Assembly: GCF_004010195.1 (NCBI RefSeq)
Contig: NC_057719.1
Location: 5,018,290-5,062,144 of the forward strand
DNA length: 43,855 bases
From: Chiloscyllium plagiosum
Taxonomy: Eukaryota
Reading direction: 5' to 3'
Under the pieces are notes generated by a model. It ran no database searches. It saw only the letters and a program-made list of their open reading frames with translations, and was not told the DNA's origin. The number at the start of each line of letters is the position of its first letter. The stretch's first letter is position 1. Positions 1 to 10,700 of the stretch are shown here, piece by piece. The position numbers and the translations under genes are program-made.

Positions 1-252
1 ATAAGCACATCGACCTGGACCCAATATACCGACCACTGCAACGGAGAGCTGGAACTGACAACCGGAAGCAGCAGATTCAAACCACTACAAATGGTGGAGG
101 AAAGATCACAGAAGCGCTTCACAGGAGGCTCCCAAGCACTGAGGATGTCACCTAGACAGGGGATGAAACGTCTACAACACCAATTCCCAGCTCGATGAAC
201 AGAACCACAACAACGAGCACCCGAGCTACAAATCTTCTCACAAACTTTGAAC
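1..252 (+). mobile_element. 3' end of a Penelope-like element (ORF tail KHIDLDPIYRPLQ plus pLTR with hammerhead-like motif)
   Basis: Peptide resembles PLE GIY-YIG C-termini; followed by CTGAGGA..GAAACGTC at 139-172. Confidence 0.65.
139..172 (+). ncRNA. Minimal type I hammerhead ribozyme-like motif (partly decayed)
   Basis: CUGAGGA-U-[GUCACCU/AGGGGAU stem II, AGAC loop]-GAAA-C-GUC; stem I GCA/UAC has one mismatch. Confidence 0.55.
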
Positions 253-319
253 TATCTCATACAGTCATACAGCCTCTCTGACACTCTCCCCTTTTTTACT
301 TTCCCCCACACTTTCGCCA

Positions 320-650
320 ACAGCGTTAGTGCTTATATTTTCCCCAGCACCCATGTTGTGTGTGCGTAGATGTGAGACAGTGAAGGACAACAGGTGTATA
401 AATCTTTGTTCATTTTCCACCACCAGGAAGAAAGGAAACATTCGAGTGGCCGGTGACAAGCAATGCCCTTCTCATCAAAGGGCAATGCTGTGTGATCAAA
501 CAGTGAAGGGAGAGGGCAGGGATTAAATCAAAATGGAGTTGGAGGGGGGAGTAAAACATTCCACTCCCTGTGGTGCCCACTTCTCCCTGAACAGCTCGAG
601 GGTGTTGGGAGACACCGTGTGCACCTTCTCGAGAGACACCTGGGCACGAC
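320..650 (-). mobile_element. Tx1/L1-like LINE 3' fragment
   Basis: Minus strand reads RAQVSLEKVHTVSPNTLELFREKWAPQGVEC..ILI*, typical of a Tx1 ORF2 C-terminus. Confidence 0.55.
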
Positions 651-1261
651 TCAACCCTTTTATGTCAGCCAGGGCTCCCTGTTTGGGTCAGGTTAACAGC
701 CCTATTCAGGGAATTCTTATGAGGTCCAGCTGGCTGATCACCTTACAGTCACTACAGAGTTATGTTCGAATATTCAACCGTGATCTCTTTGTCAGGTTCA
801 GTCCTTTAGCTTTTGAGGAGAAATTTGGGAATTTGGCTGTCAGAGGATGATACATTCGGTGCTAGCATTTATAATATTCAGAATTACAAAATGGTGAGAT
901 TCTTAAAGGGTAATAAATGTGGGTGAGTTGGTGAGCGGAATTTGGCGTTGAGGAGACACAGTACAAACCTGATAAAAATCCAGGTTGGTCAAACTATGCA
1001 GTACAGGTATGGATAAAGAAAGAGGCGGAATTGGACAGTACACTGCATAGAGGAATAACGGTCTAATTCCGAGACCGGGGCACTTTGAGAAATGCGTATG
1101 TTGGAACATATTCGGTCACTGGGAGCAAGAAGAAATAAACCAAACAGTGTGCTGCACTGACCAGACAAGGAAGGCAGATGCTTGTGGGTCAAGGCGAGAG
1201 TTGGATGGACTCAAGCTAAAGCTGACTCTGACCAGACCAAACTTCCAAGTGTTCCTTGTCA

Positions 1262-1990
1262 CAGAGTCATACATCACGGAAGCAGACCCTTTGGTCCAAC
1301 CAGTCCATGCCGACCATGTTCCCAACTAAACTCACCCCACCTGCCTGTACTTGGCCCATATCCCTCCAAATCTTTCCTATTCATGTACTTATCCAAATAT
1401 CTTTTAACTGTTGTAACCATACCCAGATCCACCACTTCCTCTGACAGTTCATTCTACACACTCTTTGTGGGGGGAAAAAAAGGTTGCCTCTCATGTCCTT
1501 TTTAAAACTTTCTCCTCTCACTTTAGTTTCTCCTCTGCCCCTAGTTTTGAACTCCCCCCATCCTAGAGAAAAAACCTTGCATTTACCTTATCTAAGCCCC
1601 TCATGATTTTAAAAACCTACATAGATCACTCCTCAACCTCATGCTTCAGTGAAAAAAGACCTCAGCCTATCCAACCTCCTCCTTAAGTCTCAAACCCTCA
1701 ATTCCCGGCAACATCCCGGTAAATCTCTTCTGAAGCTTCTCCAGCTTAATAATATCCTTCCTAAAACAGGGCGATGAGAACTGGACACAGTGCTCCAGGA
1801 GAGGCCTCACTAACATCCTGTACAACCTCAACATGACGTCCCAACTCCTATACTCAAAGGTCTGACCAATGAAGGCAAGCCTGCTAAATGCCTCCTTAAC
1901 CCACTATTGACATGTGATGCAAATTTCAAAGAATTATGTACCTGAACCCCTAAGTCTTTCTGTCCTACGACACCACCCAGGGCCTGACCA
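1262..1990 (-). mobile_element. CR1/HER1 LINE 3' fragment
   Basis: Shares the 3' UTR (acagcatggaaacagacccttcggtccaac-type) and ORF2 tail with other copies in the window. Confidence 0.85.
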
Positions 1991-2134
1991 TTAATTGTTT
2001 AAGTCCTGTTGTTTGTTTTACCAACCCTGTTCCCAAAACCATTCAAGCCTGAAAGACACTGCAGAGAAGGGGATAGTGCCAGAGGATTGGAAGGAGAACT
2101 GGAGGGATACTGGTTCTTCGGTTGAAATGACTCC

Positions 2135-2158
2135 GTGTGTGTGTGTGTGTGTGTGTGT
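2135..2158. repeat. (GT)12 microsatellite
   Basis: Read directly from the sequence. Confidence 0.95.
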
Positions 2159-2436
2159 TTTTATTGGCCAATCCTAACTACCCAGAGGGACAGTTAAAAG
2201 TCAGCCACAATGCTATGGATCTGGAGACTTATGTAGGATGGACCAGGTAGGAATAGCAGATTTTCTTCCCTAATGGAGATTCATGAACGGGTGGGTTTTT
2301 TATGACAATCAGCACTGGACACCTGTCAATACCAGATTGTTTGAATTGAATTTTAACTTCAAGTTGGGATTTGAACTGGAAATGTGTTGCTGGAAAAGCG
2401 CAGCAGGTCAGACAGCATCCAGGGAACAGGAGAATC

Positions 2437-2464
2437 GACGTTTCGGGCATAAGCCCTTCTTCAG
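2437..2464 (-). ncRNA. Minimal hammerhead ribozyme core
   Basis: Minus strand: CUGAAGA-A-GGGC-UUAU-GCCC-GAAA-C-GUC; stem I appears disrupted by the junction. Confidence 0.6.
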
Positions 2465-2479
2465 TTGAGGAATCCTCAA

Positions 2480-2507
2480 CTGAAGAAGGGCTTATGCCCG
2501 AAACATC
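2480..2507 (+). ncRNA. Minimal hammerhead ribozyme core (CpG-decayed stem III)
   Basis: CUGAAGA-A-GGGC-UUAU-GCCC-GAAA-C-AUC. Confidence 0.5.
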
Positions 2508-3315
2508 GATTCTCCTGTTCCCTGGATGCTGTCTGACCTGCTGCGCTTTTCCAGCAACACATTTCCAGCTCTGATCTCCAGCATCTGCAGACCTCACTTT
2601 CTCCTCCTTGGGATTTGAACCCATGTTGCCAGAACATTAGCCTGGGGTTCCACAGTTATTAGTGCCAATACCATGAAGATTTGGGTTGAATTGTGAAGAA
2701 TATCTTTACATGAACTGTAAAGGAGTGTTGAGGTTTGTTGTCCATGTTGATTGCATTATCTGGTCATGTACTTCATGTAACTAAATCTACCATACACACA
2801 ATCCTTCCAATCTCCCCTGCACTTTGTTAAACTATACCCCTGTCCTATATCCAAGTGAATGTGCTAAGTTAGGATTTTTCCATGTGCTAAGAATTTAATC
2901 CTCCATCATTGTCATCATTATGTAACCGATGCAATGTTGACTATGAGCATCTATAATAAAGGGATGCTGATTTCTATACTTGCCTCTCAATAGTTCATCT
3001 TCACTTTGAAGTTATGACCCAAGTGCCTGAGTAAATAGAATGCAGCAACTCTGCAGCTGTGCTACGCTTTAGCCTCCTACCATTCTTCCTCATCAAGCCA
3101 TCAGCATAACCCCGCACTCCCTTCATCTCCTGATTTCGTTCCTGATTATTCACCTCAACCACTTCCTGTGGTCACCAGTTCCACATTTGCACAATTATCT
3201 GGGTAGAGAACTTGTTCTCAGTTCCCTATTTGATTTTTTTCTTTTCAGTGAATATTTTGATTAAAGCCTCTAGTTTTGTTCTTTCCCACGAGTGGAAATA
3301 CACAAGCAGCAAGAA

Positions 3316-3712
3316 CAGCCCAGTCCATCACACAAACCAACCTTCCATCCACTGACTCCATCTATACTTCCCACTGCCTTGGGAAAGCAACCAACATCAT
3401 CAAAGACTCCTCCCACCCCGATTATAATCTCTTCCAGCCTCGGCAGAAGATACAAAAGTTTAAACACATGTACTGACAGATTTAAGAACAGATTCTTCCA
3501 TGCTGCCATCAGATTTCTGAATGGACCACTCAAATTTCAAATTTAAACACTGATCTTGCTCTGTGTACCTTCTCTATAGCTGTAACATTGTATTTCTCAC
3601 TCTGTTCTGTTACCCTAATGCACTTTGTATATGATCTGATCTGCCTGTACTGCACGCAAAACAAAACTTTTAACTGTATCATGTGACAATAATAAATCAA
3701 ATCAAATCAAAT
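3316..3712 (+). mobile_element. Rex1/Babar-like LINE 3' end
   Basis: Frameshifted LPSTDSIYTSHCLGKATNIIKDSSHP..GRRYKSL..DRFKNRFFHAAIRFLN, then AATAAA and a (TCAAA)n tail. A shorter copy lies at about 27397-27590. Confidence 0.75.
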
Positions 3713-3802
3713 CTGATCAGCCCATCAAGCCTGCGCTGCCATTCCAGATCACAGCCAATCAATCACTGTCCGTGTAGCTAACTTCAAATCTTTTCATAAA
3801 TT

Positions 3803-4305
3803 TAGTCATAGATGTACAGCATGGAAACAGACCCTTTGGTCCAACCTGTCCATGCCAACCAGATATCCCAACCCAGTCTAGTCCCACCTGCCAGCACGCG
3901 GCCCATATCCCTCCAAACCCTTCCTATTCATATACCCATCCAGGTGACTTTTAAATGTTGCAATTGTACCAGCCTCCACCACTCCTCTGGCAGCTCATTC
4001 CATACACGTACCACTCTCGCGTGAAAAAGTTGCCCCTTAGGGGTCTCTTATATCTTTCCCCTCTCACCCTAAACCTATGCCCTCTAGTTCTGGACTCCCC
4101 TCACCCCAGAGAAAAGACTTTGTCTATTTATCCCATCCATGCCCCTCATAATTTTGTAAATCTCTATAAGTTCACTCTTCAGCTTCATACGCTCCAGGGA
4201 AAACAGCCCCAGCCTGTTCAGCCTCTCCCTGTAGCTCAAAACCCTGTGGCAACATCCTTGTAAATCTTTTCTGAACCCTTTCAAGTTTCACAACCTCCTT
4301 CAGCT
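3803..4305 (-). mobile_element. CR1/HER1 LINE 3' fragment
   Basis: Minus [27 protein letters not shown]; near-identical to 17381-17810. Confidence 0.9.
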
Positions 4306-4615
4306 AGGAATTACTCTTCAGAGTTTGCTTTTCATGAGAAAAGAGACCCCGCCCCTTACGATAGGACTGACCTTGGAGTTCTGGTATTGTCCTCATCAGT
4401 CTTTTCTGCACCCTCTCCATGTATCTGAATTAAAGTATGGCTTTTGGAGGTCTGTGTAGTACTCCAAATGCAGAACGAACATCTGCCTTAGGGGTCAGAT
4501 CTGCTCTGTTTTATTTCCTCTTGACCCCTCTGGTTACTGGGTTAGCAGTATGCTCAGTATTGCTCAATTAACTGTTTAACTCCAGACTGACCGAATCTGT
4601 ACATCTCTACCCCAG

Positions 4616-4743
4616 GAACTGGTCCATGAGAAACTGAAGAGCCAACAGATGTCAAATGAATTGGAAAAGCTTAACTATGAATTGGAGAAAATTGGTCTAA
4701 CAAAAGAGCGACTGCTGCAGGAGGAACACAACAGTGATGATAA
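4616..4743 (+). CDS. CCDC88C: CCDC88-family exon: [42 protein letters not shown](N)
   Basis: ccccag|GAA acceptor and AA|gtacga donor; 128 nt, phase 0-2. Matches the Girdin/Daple segment LVxEKLKxQQ..ELEKIGL. Not in the ORF track. Confidence 0.92.
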
Positions 4744-7700
4744 GTACGAGAGCCCCCCTTTCTATTGGAGTGGTTTGATTCCATGATGCATTATTTAGTC
4801 TTTCCTCCATTAGCTGCCACACATAGAATAGTTTGTAGTTAATGGGAAGTGTCGATGAAAACGTAAACAAACGACTTTAGGTTTCGAGTCTCGTAAAAAG
4901 AAATCTAATTGATGAAGGGATTAAGCCCAAAACGTCGACTCTCCTGCTCCTCGGATGCTGCCTGACCGGCTGTGCTTTTCCAGCACCACACTCAACCCTG
5001 AATCGTTATTTGGTCTAACAGTTGTTTACACCATGACATATTACAAGCATATACTTCCTGACTCAACCACAATGTCAGTGCACTCCTCTCCATTTCTTTT
5101 TTGAAGCAACAGTCTGGCTGTGTAATTACACTTCTCCGTGGCCATGTGATTAGAACCCAGTCCTTCTGGCCCCAGGGTTGGAACACTACCATTGTATCAC
5201 AGAACTCTCGAGGAGAACCCCATTTAATGCCCTTCACTACACATCATTAAATATTGTTCATACACAAGTTACACCTGGAACGTATCTGTCAACAAATACT
5301 GAACAGGAATGCCACCTAATATAAGACAGCATTGGAAACTTTTCAAACTGTCAATTTAATGAGAAAGGAACATTGATGTTGATTAGGGTGAAGTGCTACA
5401 CTCTAAGGAAAACTGGAATCAGTGACTGTACCCTTGAACTTACAAAATTTGAATGGGGGGAAAATAGGCAAGAGGTTAGAGACCGAGGTAAATACCATTG
5501 TAAAAGACTTTGCGGTCAGAAAAACATTTTAAAAATGCTAACCAGCTTTAGGATTTATTTCTAGAGGTTTGTTTGAGAATGTGACTAGTTGAACTGATAA
5601 GGGGGATGTCCACTGGGTGGTGTTTAGTTGGACTTTCAGGTTTTTGATCAGGTCTGACACAGGATATTAACCTGTGAAATTAAAGTGCAAGGCACTGAGG
5701 GGTTAGTGTACTGACCTGGACAGAGAACTGGTCAGCACACAGTATTCTAACAGGACTAGACAGGGTGAACACAGGAACATTGTTGCTGATGACCCGGGAG
5801 TCTAGAACCAGGAGCTACAGTCTGAGGATATGGGGTAGACCATTTATGGCCAAGAGGAGGAGAGATCTCTTCACCCAGGGAGTGGGGAGCCTGTGGAATT
5901 CTCTACCACACAGGGTGGCTCAGGCTAGGGCACTGAGTGTTTTCAAGAAGCAATGGGACGTGGTTCTTGAGGCTGGAGGGATTGTGGGGATATGGGGAGA
6001 GAGTGAGAGCAGAGTGCTGACTTGGATGGTCAGCCGTGGGCAGGTTGGGTGGCGGAACAGGCTCGAGGGGCTGAATGGCCTACTTGTGCACCCATTTCCT
6101 ATGTTTCTGTTGCATGTAAACCAGAAGGAATCTATGGAGTCAGTACAGCACCGAGAGAGGCCATGTCAGTTCTCTGGAGTAAATGTTAAGGGCTTTCGAG
6201 GAATATAAAACCAAGAGTTTCTTGTCGGCAGCTGGTGGTGGTGGTGGCCTGGCTGGAGAGGCTGGTTAACCTGATGGGGTCGGTGCAGGAAGGAGTTAAT
6301 GTGGGAAATGCTGAAAAATGTGTTGCTGGAAAAGCGCAGCAGGTCCGGCAGCATCTAAGGAGCCCTTCTTCAGGAAGGGCTCATGCCCAAAACGTCGATC
6401 CTCCTGCTCCTTGGATGCTGCCTGACCTGCTGCACTTTTCCAGCAACACATTTTTCAGCTCTGATCTCCAGCGTCTGCAGTCCTCACTTTCTCCTCCTTA
6501 ACGTGGGAAAGCCTACTTGAGGAGCTCCAATGGGGCAGCTCCAACCTGGGGCTAGAGATAGAATGAAGCAGGAGGTCGATCTCCGGTCAGAGCCTGATTG
6601 AGGGACACGGCGCCAGGAAGTGGGTGACACAGTGGGAATGGGGAGCGTCTGCTGGGAGCTCCCAAACTCTGACCACCCCACCCCCCTAATCCCACTACTC
6701 TCCTACTCTCCCTGCTTCTTCTCACCTACCTCCATCCCATCCCTTGCCTTTATCACAGGGTCATCCCATAGCTCCTCCAACACCTTCCATACCTACAACC
6801 ACTTCCATAAGACCATAAGACATAGGAGCGGAAGTAAGGCTATTCGGCCCATCGAGTCCACTCCGCCATTCAATCATGGCTGATGGGCATTTCAACTCCA
6901 CTTACACGCATTCTCCCCGTAGCCCTTAATTCCTTGTGACATCAAGAATTTATCAATTTCTGCCTTGAAGACGTTTAGCGTCCCAGCCTCCACTGCACTC
7001 TGCGGCAATGAATTCCACAGGCCCACCACACTCTGGCTGAAGAAATGTCTCCGCATTTCTGTTCTGAATTTACCCCCTCTAATTCTAAGGCTGTGTCCAC
7101 GGGTCCTGGTCTCCTCGCCTAACGGAAACAATTTCCTAGCGTCCACCCTGTCAACGCCATCTAGAAGGACAAGGTCAGCAGATATGTGAGAACCCCACCC
7201 CCTGCAAGTTCCCTTCCGAGCCACTCACCCATCCTGACTTGGAAATATATTGCCAGTCCTTCACTGTCACTGGATCAAATTCCTGGAATTTCCTCCCTAA
7301 TGGTAAACCTAGGTCTATATGGACTGCAGCGGTTCAAGAAGGCAGTTCCCACCTTTTTTAGGGGGCGGCTAGGGACGATCAATAAATGCTGGGCCAGGCA
7401 GCGATGCCCACTTCCCATAAGTGAATGTCCATATCAGCACAAACTGCTTTCCAGCTGCCCATGATTTGGGTCAGCCCCATGCCTAGGTCATCTACCCCAG
7501 CAAGTGGTATCAGTGACACAGGGCCCATGGGTTAGTCTGCCTGAGATTGTTGTCCAAGATGTAGCGAACCCTGCCATCTGGTGGCCATGTCACAAACTGA
7601 TCAAGTTCTGCCTCTACAGCATCAAATATTTGAAAGGACTCTGCCAACAGTGAACTTTTCTTGAAGCTTAACATAAATTTACATGTAATTGCACCTTTCG

Positions 7701-10700
7701 TGTTCCTTAGCTCAAGCCAAAGTGATCCTGTCCTTTCCATCTCTGGGACATCAAAGAAAGATCAGCAGGAGGAGGCCATTCAGACCTTCAAGCCTGCCTC
7801 ACTATTCAGTATGATCATGGCTGATCATCTAACTCCATACCCTGTTCCTGTTTATTCCCTTTCTCTCTCGTCAGTAATGTTCCTCTGAATCAATGCTAAA
7901 ACTTGGCTTCCTTTTCCAACTTGGTGTCCAGGTCTTTGTATCATACACAGACCTGCCTTTCTTTGAGCCAGCTCACCACGTCATGTTTCCATGTGGGTAT
8001 CTGCATCTGTAACCATCTGTATTTATCACACTACTTGTGGTTCTGGTTTGGCTGTACAGACACGCTGTGAATTCCTACAGGGCTGAATGGCCTCTTTCTG
8101 CACATCAAATTAACACCAACCCTTTGAAGAACATCCCACTCAGACCCAGACCCCACCCTATACTGATAACCCTGTATTTCCCACAGCCAATCACCTAACT
8201 GGCACATCTTTGGACTATGGGAAGAAACCAGAGCACTCTGAGGAATCCCACGCAGGCACTGGGAGAATGTGCAAACTCCACACGGTTAGTATAGTTGTAC
8301 AGCACAGAAACAGACCCTTCAGTCCATGCCAAAACTAATCCCAAACTAAACTAGTCCTATCTGCGTGTGCTTGACCCATATCCCTCCAAACCTTACTTTT
8401 CATGAACTTATCCAAATGTCTTTTAAACATTGTAACTGTATCTACATCCACTACTTCCTCTGGAAGTTCATTCCACACACTAACTGTATAAAACGAAAAA
8501 GTTGCCCTCATGGCCTTTTTAAATTCTTAATATTGAAATCCCCCACCCTAGGGAAAAGACACATGCCATACACCTTATCTATACCCTTCATGATTTTAAA
8601 AACCTCTCAAGTCGCCCCTCAACATCCTATGCTCCAGTGACAAAAGTCCCAGCCTATCCAGCACCTGCCTTTAACTCAAACCCTCCATTTCCAGCAACCT
8701 CCTGCTAACTCTTTTCTGAACCGTCTCCAGCTTAATAATCTCCTTCCTATAACAGGGCGACCAGAACTGGACACCGTACTCTAGAAGTGGCATCAGCAAT
8801 GTCATGTACAACCTCAACATCACATCGCAACTCCTATACACTGAGCAATGAAGGCAAGCATGCTAAATGCCTTCTTAACCACTTACACGCGATGCAGACT
8901 TGAGGCTGGAATTGAACCCTGGTCTCTGGTGCTGTGAGGCAGTAGTGCTAGCCACTGTGCCACCCCTAATGTTCTAACTGCCTGTGGCTCTGGTTAAATT
9001 TGTATTTATGTGTTTGTTTTTTGATGTTATTATCATCACAGATTCAAGGTGTTTGAATAAGGCTGTGGGATACCACAGGAGTGATTGGCGTAAATGTTGT
9101 TCATGTATGTCCGGCCCCAACTATTTAATCGTAAACACAGAGCCTGTGAAAACAGGAGAGAGTTGCAGCAATTTCGAATGTAGATGGTGTACGTTTTTCT
9201 GCAAGCAATATGTTTTTTGCAAAATACTTGCTAATTCCCAAAGAGAGCTGAGCAAAGTAGGAGAGGAATTAAATGCAAGGGTTATGAAGGTTATGCTTCA
9301 GTTATGTGGGGCACTAGTGAGACCACATCTAAAATATCTAAAATAAGAATCGGTCACTTCTTATGTAAGGAAGGATGTGAATACATTGCAGGAAATTCAG
9401 AGAAGCAATACTTGACTAATTCCTGGATTAGGTGGGTTGTTTTATGTGGAAAGGTAGTCAGGCTAGTTCAGGATGGTAAGATGTGATTTGATTAAAACAA
9501 ACAAACTCTTGAGGTGTCTCGACAAGATGGGCGTGGGAATGATGTTTCCACTTTTGGGGGAACCTAGAACGAGGGGTCACTGTTTAAAAATAAGGGGTCG
9601 CCCATTTAAGATGGAAATGAGGGGTAAATTTGTCTGCTTTCCTGAAAAAGTGGTGGAAACAGAGCCTGCAATACTTTTAACATAGAGTGAAATTAATTCT
9701 GGAAAGGTAAGGGCAGGTGGGGGTGAGGATAAGTGGGAAGATGGTGTTATCAATTCAGCTCGGTCAAGGTCAAACTTGGATTTCTCCGCTGCCTTTGGGT
9801 AGCTGACCTCTTGTGTTTTTGTGATTTTTCTCCAAAATCGCTTTTGTTTTCTCTATAAATTTCCCCCCCCGCAACAGCTGACACTCTGGGGTCCTAACAT
9901 TTAATGTGATCAGCTCTGTGGAATACTGTCGCCCATTCCCCAGTCAGCGTAAGTCTCAAAAGCTTGAAAGAATTTTTCCGGTCTTCCCCTGACAGTCTCT
10001 AACTCTATGTTGGTCCCCATCGCCATCAGCTCTTTCTCAGAGGTTTGTCAGGTTTTTCCCCAGTTGGGAAGTGGCTGTGCGCGAGTGTGGGGAGAGAGGA
10101 ACTGGAGGAATGGGGAGGCTGGGCTCTATAAAATCATAGGAGCTCCCGCCTCTCCAACTTGGTATGATTGTAAACTTCACCCAAACATCACTGGGCTTCA
10201 AATCACAAAAGAAAGCAACCCTTGTTCCTCTTTTTCTTTCAGCAAGTACAAAATCTTGGAGACCAAGATAGAATCAACACTGAAGAAAACACTAGAGATT
10301 AAAGAGGAGAAGATTCAGGCACTCGAATCGAGACTGGTGGAGTCTAGCAACCTGAACCAGCAACTACGCACGGAACTGAGCACGGTAAATCAACCAGTGA
10401 TTAACCACTGATTAAACAGCCAGTGGTCGCACTGGGAAGGAAGGGCCCAGTGGTCGCACTGGGAGGGAAGGGCCAAGTGGTCGCACTGGGAAGGAAGGGC
10501 CAAGTGGTCGCACTGGGAGGGAAGGGCCAAGTGGTCGCACTGGGAGGGAAGGGCCAGTGACCGCACTGGGAGGGGGGCACAGCCAGTGGAAGTGCTGTGA
10601 AGGTCAGTGATCTCATTGTACAATGGCTCCTTTAGCAGACAGTGGGAAGGGTTAGCATTGATTCATTGAAATGTGGATTGGCTGGGTTATCTTTTCAGTA

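Larger units (their letters stand above)
2377..2607. mobile_element. Fold-back Penelope-derived insertion with two inverted hammerhead cores and a 13-bp TSD
   Basis: 95-bp arms (2376-2470 and 2474-2568) with one mismatch. TTGGGATTTGAAC is duplicated at 2364-2376 and 2608-2620. Confidence 0.9.
2160..2672 (-). mobile_element. Old tRNA-derived SINE, interrupted by the palindromic insertion at 2377-2607
   Basis: Reverse B-box (ggatttgaac) and a body similar to copies near 15000-15300, 34570-34880 and 43470-43700. Confidence 0.6.

Noticed and set aside
2229..2624. ORFs 2229..2624(-) and 2371..2574(+) encoding the same peptide on both strands
   Set aside because: Artefact of the DNA palindrome; no evidence of coding.
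10241..10246. NAGNAG tandem acceptor
   Set aside because: The second AG is 4 nt downstream and would shift the frame.
10421..10577. 27-bp repeats as a CRISPR-like array or repeat protein (LALPSQCDH)n
   Set aside because: Units are directly tandem with no unique spacers, the context is a eukaryotic intron, and the ORFs arise because the unit length is a multiple of 3.
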